A stretch of DNA of 64,000 nucleotides from Thermodesulfobacteriota bacterium (GTDB lineage: Bacteria; Desulfobacterota; Binatia; Bin18), in contig OZ219926.1 in assembly GCA_964291405.2 (NCBI GenBank), forward strand, positions 4,576,001 through 4,640,000, given 5' to 3'. How positions within the stretch are numbered: the first letter of the stretch is position 1; every line of letters starts with the position of its first letter. A program made the position numbers and the translations under genes. This document shows, piece after piece, positions 27,442-38,552 of the stretch. The notes under the pieces were generated by a model that had not been told where the DNA came from, searched no databases, and worked only from the letters and a program-made list of their open reading frames with translations.

Positions 27442-29847
27442 TTACTCCAGGGCAAACGTCCGGGTCTCTCCCGGCCTGAGTTCGGAGACCTGTCCTGCGA
27501 TGCCAATACGAGCCGGTGGATGCCAACCGGAGTCAAACGTCACGGACAGGGTCTGTTGCGTCGCGCTGACGGAGAACCAGTTGCCGCGGTATTGAAAGCG
27601 AAAGGCGAGGCCGGAGGACAGGACCTCAGGCAGACAGGGTCGAAACCAGACGGTATCTCCCCGTGTTTCCATGCCCATATAACAGCGCTGGATCAGGTCG
27701 ATGGTGCCGGCCATCACGCCGGCGTGAATCCCCTCTGCTGTCGTGCCGCCCTGAGTATCGTTGATGTCGCTTTCCAGGGCCTCAAGAAAGAGCTGCCACG
27801 AGCGCTGGGGGTCGATACGGGCCAAAACCCAGGCATGGACGACCCGGCTCAAGGTCGAGCCGTGCGAGGTTCGCTGAAAATAGTAGTCGATGGTCGCGCG
27901 AAGCGTGGCATGGTCCAGGGGGTAACCGAGCTGCCCGAGGAGGCGAATCACTTCATCCTCTGGGAGCAGATACAGCAACATGAGGGCGTCGGCCTGCTTG
28001 GTGACTTGATAGCGGTCCGGGCTGTCGTTCTCTGCCTCAAGAATGCGGTCGAGCCGATGAATGTTACCGTATTTTTCCCGATAGCCGTCCCAGTCAAACT
28101 CGCGCAAGGTTTCAAAACCCTCAAACTGGCTCAGAATACCGTCACCGTGGAAGACCACACGCATCTTCCTGGTGAGGTCTGCCCAGCGTCCAAGGGTCCG
28201 CTCACTCAACTCCAGTTGTGATCGGAGGAGCTTGCTTCTCTCCGTCGGCAGGAGGGCTAGGACATCGAGGGCGCGCTGGAGGGTCCAGACCGCCATGACG
28301 TTGGTATAGGCGTTGTTGTTCAGACCGGGCGTCTCGGAGTCAGGATAGCTTTCGTGGTATTCGTCCGGTCCCATCACGCCACGGATTTCATAGCGGTCGA
28401 GCCCTGGGTTGTAGGTTGCGGCGCTGGCCCAGAAACGGGCAATATCCACTATCATCTCCGCGCCATAGAGCGATAAAAAGTCGGTATCCAAGGTCGCCTG
28501 GTAGTACTGCCAGACATTATAGGCAATAGCGATGTTCACGTGTCGTTGCAGCGCACTATGGTCGGGAATCCACCGCCCTGAACTGGGATTGAGATGGACG
28601 ACCTGACTTTCTTCGCGCCCGTCGCTGCCACTCTGCCAGGGATACATCGCGCCTTGGTACCCGGCCTGACGCGCGGCTATCCGCGCCTGGGGAAGGCGAC
28701 GGTAGCGATAGAGTAACAGGGCGCGGGTCAGCTCGGGCAGGCGGAAGGTGAAGAAAGGAAAGATAAACAGCTCATCCCAGAAAATATGCCCCCGATAGGC
28801 CTCACCGTGGAGGCCGCGCGCCGGGATACTGACATCGAGCTCGCGGGTATGAGCTGACACGGTTTGGAGCAGATGGAAGGCGTGCAGGCGTAATATGCGC
28901 TGTATCCGTGGCTGCTTGGCGACGACACTGTCGCACAGCTCCCAGGCACGCTGCCACGCCTGCGCATGTTGCCCCACGAGGGGCGTAAACCGCTCGGCGT
29001 GACGGATAGCCTGTTTCGCAGCCAAGCGGCACTCGCTCACTGCCGGGTCACGAGAGGTGAAGAGAGCTGCGATTTTCTCAACGGTGACGGTTTCTCCCGG
29101 AGCGACAGTGACCGCCATGTCCTGAGCGACATAGCCGGGCGCTGTCTGGGTCGTGCACTCAAGGGTGACACCTGTTGCCTGCCGGAAAAGCTGAGTCCGG
29201 GCGGCTTGCGCGATGGTGAGCTGGGACTGATTGGTACGGACCACAAGCGCTATCCCATCCTCGCCGATCGGCTGGCTGAGGAGGGCGTCCAGATGGTCGC
29301 TACGTAACTGTTGGTAGCGCTTCACCCCGGCATTGCGTACCCGTCCGTCCAGCGCGGAGCGAATCTGCAGCCTACCCGTCCAGTTCCCGGGAGTCAGGCT
29401 GAGGCTGATGCCCGCAAGGTGAGGGTCAGCCTGACTGACAAAACGCCGATAGCACAGGCGGGTCTCTCGGCCCTGTGGGTCACGAACGTGCAGCGTCCGC
29501 GTCAGGATGCCCTGTTTGAGGTCGAGCTCCCGTGTCCAGGTCAAAATTTCGTAGGCGTTCGGATGAAACCACTCTCCATCTTCTGGCCGAAAGGTCAGGC
29601 CGAGCCAGTTCGGGAGATTCACGAAATCTTCATTTTCAAGAGGGCGTCCAGCTATTTCTGTTTTCCGGCGATTATAGCCGCCAGCGAGATAGGTGCCCGG
29701 ATAGTGGACGGCATCAGCCGGGGTCTCTTCTGCCGATCCCCTGGTGGCAAAATAGCCGTTGCCGAGCGTACACAAGGTCTCCCGCAGACGCTCCTGCTTC
29801 GGGTCGAAGCCATCGAATCGGACTATCCAGTCAGTCTGTTCGGCCAT
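27442..29847 (-). CDS. glycoside hydrolase family 65 (trehalose/trehalose-6-P phosphorylase-like)
   Basis: LGNGYFATRG, ARGLHGEAYRGHIFWDE, YPWQSG, VMGPDEYH, KQAD, TSHGSTLS. Confidence 0.95.
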   Translation of the reverse strand: MAEQTDWIVRFDGFDPKQERLRETLCTLGNGYFATRGSAEETPADAVHYPGTYLAGGYNRRKTEIAGRPLENEDFVNLPNWLGLTFRPEDGEWFHPNAYEILTWTRELDLKQGILTRTLHVRDPQGRETRLCYRRFVSQADPHLAGISLSLTPGNWTGRLQIRSALDGRVRNAGVKRYQQLRSDHLDALLSQPIGEDGIALVVRTNQSQLTIAQAARTQLFRQATGVTLECTTQTAPGYVAQDMAVTVAPGETVTVEKIAALFTSRDPAVSECRLAAKQAIRHAERFTPLVGQHAQAWQRAWELCDSVVAKQPRIQRILRLHAFHLLQTVSAHTRELDVSIPARGLHGEAYRGHIFWDELFIFPFFTFRLPELTRALLLYRYRRLPQARIAARQAGYQGAMYPWQSGSDGREESQVVHLNPSSGRWIPDHSALQRHVNIAIAYNVWQYYQATLDTDFLSLYGAEMIVDIARFWASAATYNPGLDRYEIRGVMGPDEYHESYPDSETPGLNNNAYTNVMAVWTLQRALDVLALLPTERSKLLRSQLELSERTLGRWADLTRKMRVVFHGDGILSQFEGFETLREFDWDGYREKYGNIHRLDRILEAENDSPDRYQVTKQADALMLLYLLPEDEVIRLLGQLGYPLDHATLRATIDYYFQRTSHGSTLSRVVHAWVLARIDPQRSWQLFLEALESDINDTQGGTTAEGIHAGVMAGTIDLIQRCYMGMETRGDTVWFRPCLPEVLSSGLAFRFQYRGNWFSVSATQQTLSVTFDSGWHPPARIGIAGQVSELRPGETRTFALE

Positions 29848-29863
29848 GATCGGTCATGGGTCG

Positions 29864-31429
29864 TTATGCGGACAACGACGCGGCGAGGCTTTGGAGCAGG
29901 GTCTGGACCTGAGCGGGATGCTGAAGCGCATAGCGAGCCGCCGTCCGGCGCGGAGTATCGGCTACGACTATGGTAAGACCGCGTCCGGCCAAGGTGTAGA
30001 ACGCATCCTCATCGGTGATGTCATCGCCGATATAGATTGGGACGATGCCCGGGATACGGAGGGAGAGGGTGTCAAGCAGCCACAGGACGGCCTTGCCTTT
30101 GTGCCAATCGAGTCGTGGCTGAAGCTCGAAGACTTTTTTCCCCAGACCCTTACGGAGTTGCGAGTGATCCTTCAGTACTGCATCGACTAGCGTCTCAAGA
30201 TGTCCGACTTGTTCGGGCGCAACATTCCGAAAATGGACCGCGATGGTGAACTTCTTCCGCTCGACAAGTGCGCCAGGGATTGGGCTGAGCTGTTGGTGTA
30301 GGTGGGTTTCGACTGCATCAAGCAGCGGCAGAAATGCGAGTCCTTCGGCGTGCTGCATGCGCACTTGGTCAGGACCCGCAATGTCAAAGCCATGACTCCC
30401 GGCATAGTAGACGGATTCGAGTTGAACCAGGGTCTGAATGTCGGCACGGTCCCGGCCACTCACTATGGCAACCGGACACCGTTCGGCCAGCGTAGCAATG
30501 GTCTGTCGCATGTCAGACGCCAAGGTGGCGAGTTCGGGGCGGCTGACAATAGGGGTCAGCGTGCCATCGTAATCGAGAAAAACCACCGGCCGCTTCTCTT
30601 CCATACTATGGATGAAGGCCGGCAGATGGTCGAGGACAGACGGAAGGTTCAAGACGTTCCGGATACGTGGTTGCTCCGGAGTATCGTTGACCTGTACGTC
30701 CCCCAGGTCGGTCACAACCGCATCGGCTCCGTGCTGTTCCAGAGCGGCCTGATTGTCCTGTCTGGCAACGCCCAGAACCAGACCGAATCCGCCTCTATGC
30801 CCGGCCTCAACCCCTGAATTGGCATCCTCGACAATGGCCGCGCGCCCCGGCCTGACGTTCAGGCGCCGAGCTGCCTCCAGATAGGTATCCGGAGCCGGCT
30901 TGCCCGGCAGCTTATGGGCCGCACTCTCAACCCCATCGACACGAGTATCAAACAGGTTGGTCAGCCCGGCTTGCTCCAGCACGATTTTACAGTTCTTACT
31001 CGACGAAACGATTGCTATTTTGAGCCCTTTTTGGCGAAGCGCTTTGATAAGGACGATAGTCGATTCAAAGACCTCGACGCCTTTTTCTGCTAGACAGGCC
31101 AGGAAAGTGGAATTTTTCTTGTTTCCCAGCCCACAGACCGTTTCACGTGTACTATCGTCGTCCGGATCGCCATACGGGAGCGTAATGTCCCGTGCCGCAA
31201 GAAAGCTGGCCACGCCGTCATAGCGTTGTTTGCCGTCCACATACTGCAAATAGTCGGTCTCGGCGTCAAACGGCACAAACGGGGTGCGGTGTCTTTGCGC
31301 GAAACGGCTAAGGAACTCATCAAAGAGCGCCTTCCAGGCAACCGTATGTAGTTTTTCTGTTTGCGTCACCACTCCATCAAGGTCGAACAGAACCGCGTCA
31401 AAGTCTGTGGTTGAGATCGTAACCGGCAT
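29864..31429 (-). CDS. otsB: beta-phosphoglucomutase-like HAD fused to trehalose-6-phosphate phosphatase
   Basis: N-domain FDLDGVVT/SSSKN/GKPAPD/VEDA; C-domain FLDYDGTLTPIV, SGRD, YAGSHG, WHKGKAV, GDDITDEDAF. Confidence 0.93.
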   Translation of the reverse strand: MPVTISTTDFDAVLFDLDGVVTQTEKLHTVAWKALFDEFLSRFAQRHRTPFVPFDAETDYLQYVDGKQRYDGVASFLAARDITLPYGDPDDDSTRETVCGLGNKKNSTFLACLAEKGVEVFESTIVLIKALRQKGLKIAIVSSSKNCKIVLEQAGLTNLFDTRVDGVESAAHKLPGKPAPDTYLEAARRLNVRPGRAAIVEDANSGVEAGHRGGFGLVLGVARQDNQAALEQHGADAVVTDLGDVQVNDTPEQPRIRNVLNLPSVLDHLPAFIHSMEEKRPVVFLDYDGTLTPIVSRPELATLASDMRQTIATLAERCPVAIVSGRDRADIQTLVQLESVYYAGSHGFDIAGPDQVRMQHAEGLAFLPLLDAVETHLHQQLSPIPGALVERKKFTIAVHFRNVAPEQVGHLETLVDAVLKDHSQLRKGLGKKVFELQPRLDWHKGKAVLWLLDTLSLRIPGIVPIYIGDDITDEDAFYTLAGRGLTIVVADTPRRTAARYALQHPAQVQTLLQSLAASLSA

Positions 31430-31490
31430 GGCTGAAATCTGCGTGGGATGTTATGCGGGGTCTGCGGCTCGTGTGGGGTCCGCCGCGGGC

Positions 31491-32138
31491 CTATGAAGGG
31501 GAGCGGGTGGCGGCCATTTGTCTGAGTTTCGCCTGGAGCTTCCGCACCAACTCTTCATAGGAGCTCTTCCCGATAATACGATAAAATTGCGTGCGAAAAT
31601 TTCGGACCATACTAATATTCTCTACGACAACGTCATAGATGAGCCATTGCCCGTCGACCTGGTGCAGACGGTAATTGATCGAAAAATGCTTATTCTGAGA
31701 GGGAACGAAAATACGGGTGTTGACTTCGGCAAAATTCCCGTCAATCGTCTCCTGATCGTATAAAAACTCCACTTGATCCAAATATTTTTCAGCCTGCTTG
31801 TCAAAGGTTTCCCCATAGGATTTTTCGATGAGCTCGGTAAAAATTTCGATGAATTCTTCGCGCTGCTCCTCTGTTCGGTCACGCCAGTACACACCGAGGG
31901 TCCGCCGGGCAACCTCTCGTCTGTCAAACAAGGGTCGAACAATTTCGCTGACTTGCTTGATGCGTTTCTCTCGGAGGTGAGGGCCTCGATTCTCTGGAGC
32001 CTTGAGAACCAGGACAACTCGGTTGGTGGTGGAACGAACGGCTTCCAGCGGGGAGTCTGTTGTCAGCCCCCGTATCGGCAGGAAAAAGAGTGTGAGGCCA
32101 CCAAGTGTCAGCAGGAAGAGAAGTCGTGGCAGTTTCAT
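31491..32138 (-). CDS. mlaC: MlaC/Ttg2D periplasmic lipid shuttle
   Basis: RRTLGVYW, WLIYDVVVENISMVRNFRTQF. Confidence 0.92.
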   Translation of the reverse strand: MKLPRLLFLLTLGGLTLFFLPIRGLTTDSPLEAVRSTTNRVVLVLKAPENRGPHLREKRIKQVSEIVRPLFDRREVARRTLGVYWRDRTEEQREEFIEIFTELIEKSYGETFDKQAEKYLDQVEFLYDQETIDGNFAEVNTRIFVPSQNKHFSINYRLHQVDGQWLIYDVVVENISMVRNFRTQFYRIIGKSSYEELVRKLQAKLRQMAATRSPS

Positions 32139-32149
32139 GGACCGGATCC

Positions 32150-32899
32150 CTATTGCTCCGATAGCGCTTCCTGAACAATCCGTTCGCGTTGTTGGAGGTA
32201 GCCATCTTGAACGGCGCCGTACAAATCAACAGAAAATCGGTCAACATTCTCAAAAAGTTCAAGATTGAGCGAGCGGAAGTTAACCGCGTTGCCCATTAGC
32301 CAGCCACCCCGCGCTGCGATGGTCTCTGGATATGTCGGTAAGAGGTAGTTCATGGGTTGCATGGCGCCGTCAACACTGAGACCAACCGTATCTCGAACGG
32401 TTGAGGGGCCAAAGAAGGGCAAGACCAGATACGGGCCGGGGGAGATGCCGTACTGCGCTAGCGTCTGTCCGAAATCAGCGTGGCTGGCTTCCAAGCCAAA
32501 CCAACTGTCCGCTACATCAAAAAACCCAAGGCCGCCGAGGGTAGTATTGATGACGAAGCGACCGACCTCCTTGCCGGCTCCGACCAATTTCATTTGCAGG
32601 AGTTTATTGCCGAGCCGTGGGGCAATGTTGATGTTGTAAAAGAAGCGTCCCACCCCTTGCCGGGCACCGAGCGGAAGGATGGCGGCATAGCCGGTGGCAA
32701 CTGGGTGCAGAATGTACTCGTCCAGCTTGAGGTTAAAGCTGAGCATTGCCTGATTAAAGGGTTCAAATGGATCGGCGATGGGTTGGGGGGCTACCTCGTC
32801 CTGTTCCGCGCTCCCCATTTGCGCCTGGGCCTCGGTCAGAGAGAATCCAGACTGGACTATCCCCACTATGCTTACTGCCACTACCAGTTTTTTCAGCAT
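32150..32899 (-). CDS. mlaA: MlaA/VacJ family protein
   Basis: DPFEPFN, RFVINTTLG, DFGQTL, GPYLVLPFFGPSTVRD; no lipobox Cys visible. Confidence 0.93.
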   Translation of the reverse strand: MLKKLVVAVSIVGIVQSGFSLTEAQAQMGSAEQDEVAPQPIADPFEPFNQAMLSFNLKLDEYILHPVATGYAAILPLGARQGVGRFFYNINIAPRLGNKLLQMKLVGAGKEVGRFVINTTLGGLGFFDVADSWFGLEASHADFGQTLAQYGISPGPYLVLPFFGPSTVRDTVGLSVDGAMQPMNYLLPTYPETIAARGGWLMGNAVNFRSLNLELFENVDRFSVDLYGAVQDGYLQQRERIVQEALSEQ

Positions 32900-32917
32900 C
32901 CTCCCCCCCTTATAGGC

Positions 32918-33454
32918 TCACGAGGGCTCATCAAGACCGAGTGACCACAGATCCGTACCCTCCTCGCCGTTCTGGCGATCCGGACCGTTTCCCGTTGTCT
33001 GCTCCGGAGCCTGATTGTTCCCTACATTGCCGAAAATGAATTCTCCTATTAATTGTTGAATGTCGACCGGCTCCGCTGTCTTGTCAATAGTCCCTCCGGG
33101 CGCAATGGTGGCGGAGGAATAGCCCGGCGTGATGACGATATAGCGTTCGCCAATGAGGCCCTTGGTCTTGATTGCCGCCTGTGTGTCCTCCTGTAAGGCA
33201 ATATCGTTCCGAATTTTCAGGGTGACGCGGGCTTTGTATTTGGCCAACCGAACGCGTTCGACCCTGCCTATTTCCACTCCTGCGAGTTCGATCACCGCTC
33301 CGTCCTGCAGTCCGCCTGCCGTGATAAAATCAGCATACACGGAATAGCTGTCAGAGCCCAGCTCAACCTGGCCGAGCTGCAGGGAAAGGTACCCCAGAAA
33401 GCCGCATACGCCAAGCAAAAGCGTGCCAACAAACAGTTCTGCGTCAGCCTTCAT
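32918..33454 (-). CDS. mlaD: MlaD MCE-domain protein
   Basis: GGLQDGA.IELAGVEIGRV, IKTKGLIGERYI. Confidence 0.95.
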   Translation of the reverse strand: MKADAELFVGTLLLGVCGFLGYLSLQLGQVELGSDSYSVYADFITAGGLQDGAVIELAGVEIGRVERVRLAKYKARVTLKIRNDIALQEDTQAAIKTKGLIGERYIVITPGYSSATIAPGGTIDKTAEPVDIQQLIGEFIFGNVGNNQAPEQTTGNGPDRQNGEEGTDLWSLGLDEPS

Positions 33455-33472
33455 ACGCCCCTAACTCGGATT

Positions 33473-34219
33473 TTAGTACACCTCGATGGGGCCTTCGAGC
33501 TGGCCGCTCATAAACTGCCGAACGATCGGATTGTTTGACGCCTGCAGGGCGCTGGGCGAGCCAGACTCAACAATCACCCCTCCATGTAGCATAGCGATAT
33601 GGGTGGCCAGAGAAAAGACCGCTGGGATCTCGTGGCTGACGATAATCGCGGTAAAGCCGAGCAACTGATGGAGGTCAAGAATAAGGCGATGAATGGCATT
33701 GACCCGGATTGGATCAAGGCCAGTTGTCGGCTCGTCAAATAAGAGGATCTCGGGATCGGAGACGAGCGAGCGGGCCAGGGCCGCACGTTTGCGCATCCCG
33801 CCCGACAACTCGGAAGGGAATTTGGCGTCCACACCGGCGAGTCCGACTTGGAAAAGGCGTTCGTGGACTTTGTCCCGAATTTCGGCTTCGCTTTTTCGGG
33901 TTTTTTCACGCAGGGGAAAGGCGACGTTGTCATACACGGACATGGAATCGAACAGCGCCCCGCCCTGAAAGAGCATGCCAAATCGATTCCGAACCCGATT
34001 AAGGGCTCGTCGTCCCAAGCTGGTAATCTCTGTATCGTCTATCCAAACCTGTCCGGAATCGGGACGCATTAAGCCGATCAGATGCTTGAGTAAGCAGCTT
34101 TTCCCGGCTCCGCTGACCCCGACTACGACGTACACCGCTCGGTCGGGGATATCGAGATTCACCCCGGTCAAGACCTGTTGGTTGCCAAAGGATTTACAGA
34201 CATTAACGAGGCGGATCAT
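33473..34219 (-). CDS. mlaF: MlaF ABC ATPase
   Basis: GVSGAGKS, FQGGALFDSM, ELSGGMRKRAALAR, DEPTTGLDP. Confidence 0.95.
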   Translation of the reverse strand: MIRLVNVCKSFGNQQVLTGVNLDIPDRAVYVVVGVSGAGKSCLLKHLIGLMRPDSGQVWIDDTEITSLGRRALNRVRNRFGMLFQGGALFDSMSVYDNVAFPLREKTRKSEAEIRDKVHERLFQVGLAGVDAKFPSELSGGMRKRAALARSLVSDPEILLFDEPTTGLDPIRVNAIHRLILDLHQLLGFTAIIVSHEIPAVFSLATHIAMLHGGVIVESGSPSALQASNNPIVRQFMSGQLEGPIEVY

Positions 34220-34249
34220 GCGGCAACGCTCGATGCTGGCTTCATACGA

Positions 34250-35020
34250 CTACACGAGGACAGAACCAATGAAATAATCCCACACCAGGATCAAAACCGC
34301 ACACATCACAACGGACTGCGTTGTCGCGTGACTGACCCCCTCGGCCCCATGCGCGGCATAGAATCCCTTAAAACAGCTGACCCAGGCAACAATCACTCCG
34401 AACGAAAGCGATTTATACACACCCATCCAAATATCGCTGGAATCCGCCGCGCTGCTCATCTGCGTAAAATATGCCCCCGAACTGCCGCCCAGCAACTCAA
34501 CGCCGACAATATAGCCGCCGTAAATGCCAACCGTCACAAAAACGCTGTTCAAAAGGGGGAAGGTAATACAGGCCGCCAGAAAAATTGGGACCACTAAATA
34601 CTTGATGGGGTTGAGGGCCATGACTTCGAGCGCGTCTATTTGCTCGGTAATGCGCATAATCCCGAGTTCGGCGGTCAGAGCCGAGCCTGCGCGGGCCGTA
34701 ATCATCAGCGCAGACAGGACCGGGCCAAGCTCGCGAATCAGACTCAGTCCGACCATAGGACCCAGCGCCTCCTCGCCACCAAAGCGCCGCAGGGCAATAT
34801 ATCCCTGCAGGGCCACGACCATGCCCGTAAAGGCTCCGGTAAAGACGATGAGCAAGAGAGAGCGGCTACCGATGAAGTAAATCCGGCGGACAAGCTGACC
34901 GCCTTGCAGAGGTGGGCGAAAGATATCGATCAGAGTTGTGCCAAGAAAGACCCCCATGCGACCCATTTCGCGCAGGGTGCCGAGGGTCAGACGCCCACAC
35001 GAGCGGACAAAGCGGAGCAC
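34250..35020 (-). CDS. mlaE: MlaE permease
   Basis: IRELGPVL, RAGSALTAELGIMRITEQIDALEVM; GTG start after AGGAAGAGGA. Confidence 0.95.
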   Translation of the reverse strand: MLRFVRSCGRLTLGTLREMGRMGVFLGTTLIDIFRPPLQGGQLVRRIYFIGSRSLLLIVFTGAFTGMVVALQGYIALRRFGGEEALGPMVGLSLIRELGPVLSALMITARAGSALTAELGIMRITEQIDALEVMALNPIKYLVVPIFLAACITFPLLNSVFVTVGIYGGYIVGVELLGGSSGAYFTQMSSAADSSDIWMGVYKSLSFGVIVAWVSCFKGFYAAHGAEGVSHATTQSVVMCAVLILVWDYFIGSVLV

Positions 35021-35266
35021 TCCTCTTCCTTTCTCATGATAGTCTGGAGACTGACGGCATGCGGTGTGTAATGAGCGGGTCTGCCAAGATCGCGTTGGGA
35101 CTGAAGCCTCTCTAACGATGTCACGTCCCCTACCATAGGCGCGCTGTTGACTCAAGAGAGTCTCGCGCTCGGGGAGGGGCGAAAAGGGGGCGGCGGTCCT
35201 CTTGTCAGATGGACCAAAAGAGGGATATGCTTCTTCTAATTGTCTACAGTACGTGGAGGAAACACT

Positions 35267-36406
35267 ATGGCAAACGCTGTTGGCGTATCACCTGTGGAAG
35301 AACCCCCGCTACGGGTTGTTGAAGACAGTGCTGTTGCTGAGAAAGAATCGCCAAAAAAGCAGTGGAAAAAATTGCGCGAGATCTTGGCCCGCCACCATGG
35401 AGAAAAAATCCTCATCATTCTGGTGGGTTACCCTGATCCTGATAATATCGCTTCCGGTCTGGCGCATCAGTTTTTGGCCAAAGAGTTCGACATCGAAGCT
35501 ACGCTGCTGTGCTTTCATGAGGTCAGCCACCATGAAAACCGGGCGTTGGTGAAGCGCCTTGAGATCGACTTACAACTCTATGACGAGGAATTCGACCTCA
35601 CGCCGTATTCTGCCTACGCGCTGGTCGATACCCAAAATCCGGAGACGCCTATTTCGGATAAGCTTGGCGGCAAGACCCTCCTCTCCTTTATCGATCACCA
35701 CCGTCGTCTGGGGACTCCGCTGGCTGAATTTGTCGATATCCGGGAGGACGCGGCCTCGACTTGTGCCATCTATACCGAATATTTACGGGCGCAATATCCC
35801 GAGGGTCTGAACCCTGGCGAGACTGACCAAGTGCGGCTAGCCACCGCGCTCATGCACGGCATTCGTTCTGATACTATGGCGCTGATTGAGGCCAGTCGAT
35901 TGGAATTTGAGGCCGCGGCGTATTTGTGGCCGTGTGTGGATCAGCCCCTTCTCAAGGCGATTTCGGAGAAATCTTTGCCGCCGATTGTCATGGATATGAT
36001 TCAAAAAGCCCTGGAGCGGAAGCAGGTGTTTGATTCCTTTGTGTTTACCGATGTGGGATTTGTGCGGGGCGAACACCGCGATGGCATCCCCCAGGTAGCG
36101 GAATTCTTGCTCCAGCGAGAAGGTACAGACACCGTCCTCGTTTTCGGCATCGTGGATGGCAAGACGGTTGATGGCTCGCTCCGTACCCGGAGCGATACCG
36201 TGAACCCTGATGCGTTTTTGAAAAAGCTTTTTGGCGTGGATGAAGACAGAAAGTCGTACTATGGGGGTGGGAACGTCAAGGATAAGGGTGGCTTTCAAAT
36301 CCCGCTCGGCTTCCTGGCACAATCGCCCAATAGGGACATGCTCTACGAAATGACCTGTAGTGTCGTGCAGGAACGCTTCTTCCAGGCACTCGGCATTAAA
36401 GAATAA
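35267..36406 (+). CDS. DHH-family phosphoesterase
   Basis: YPDPDN, LVDTQ, IDHH, GIRSDT, GSLRT, YGGG. Confidence 0.88.
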   Translation: MANAVGVSPVEEPPLRVVEDSAVAEKESPKKQWKKLREILARHHGEKILIILVGYPDPDNIASGLAHQFLAKEFDIEATLLCFHEVSHHENRALVKRLEIDLQLYDEEFDLTPYSAYALVDTQNPETPISDKLGGKTLLSFIDHHRRLGTPLAEFVDIREDAASTCAIYTEYLRAQYPEGLNPGETDQVRLATALMHGIRSDTMALIEASRLEFEAAAYLWPCVDQPLLKAISEKSLPPIVMDMIQKALERKQVFDSFVFTDVGFVRGEHRDGIPQVAEFLLQREGTDTVLVFGIVDGKTVDGSLRTRSDTVNPDAFLKKLFGVDEDRKSYYGGGNVKDKGGFQIPLGFLAQSPNRDMLYEMTCSVVQERFFQALGIKE

Positions 36407-36577
36407 ACCGGTGACATCAGCTTGGTGCATCGTCCCTCAAGGCAATGAGCCCAGGCCACCGGGAGGGACGCGGCATCTTCAGGAGAGGTTCCGCCAGCGC
36501 ACCTCCCCTGAAGATGTACGCTACGAGCCAATCCGGCCACGCAGAATGTGACGCAGAGTGAAAGACAGGAGACCATC

Positions 36578-38530
<1,953 letters not shown>

Positions 38531-38552
38531 GCCCAAGGGTGAGACGGATCAC

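Noticed and set aside
27091-28221. 376-aa plus-strand ORF
   Set aside because: Antisense shadow of GH65 and the methyltransferase; no recognisable motifs
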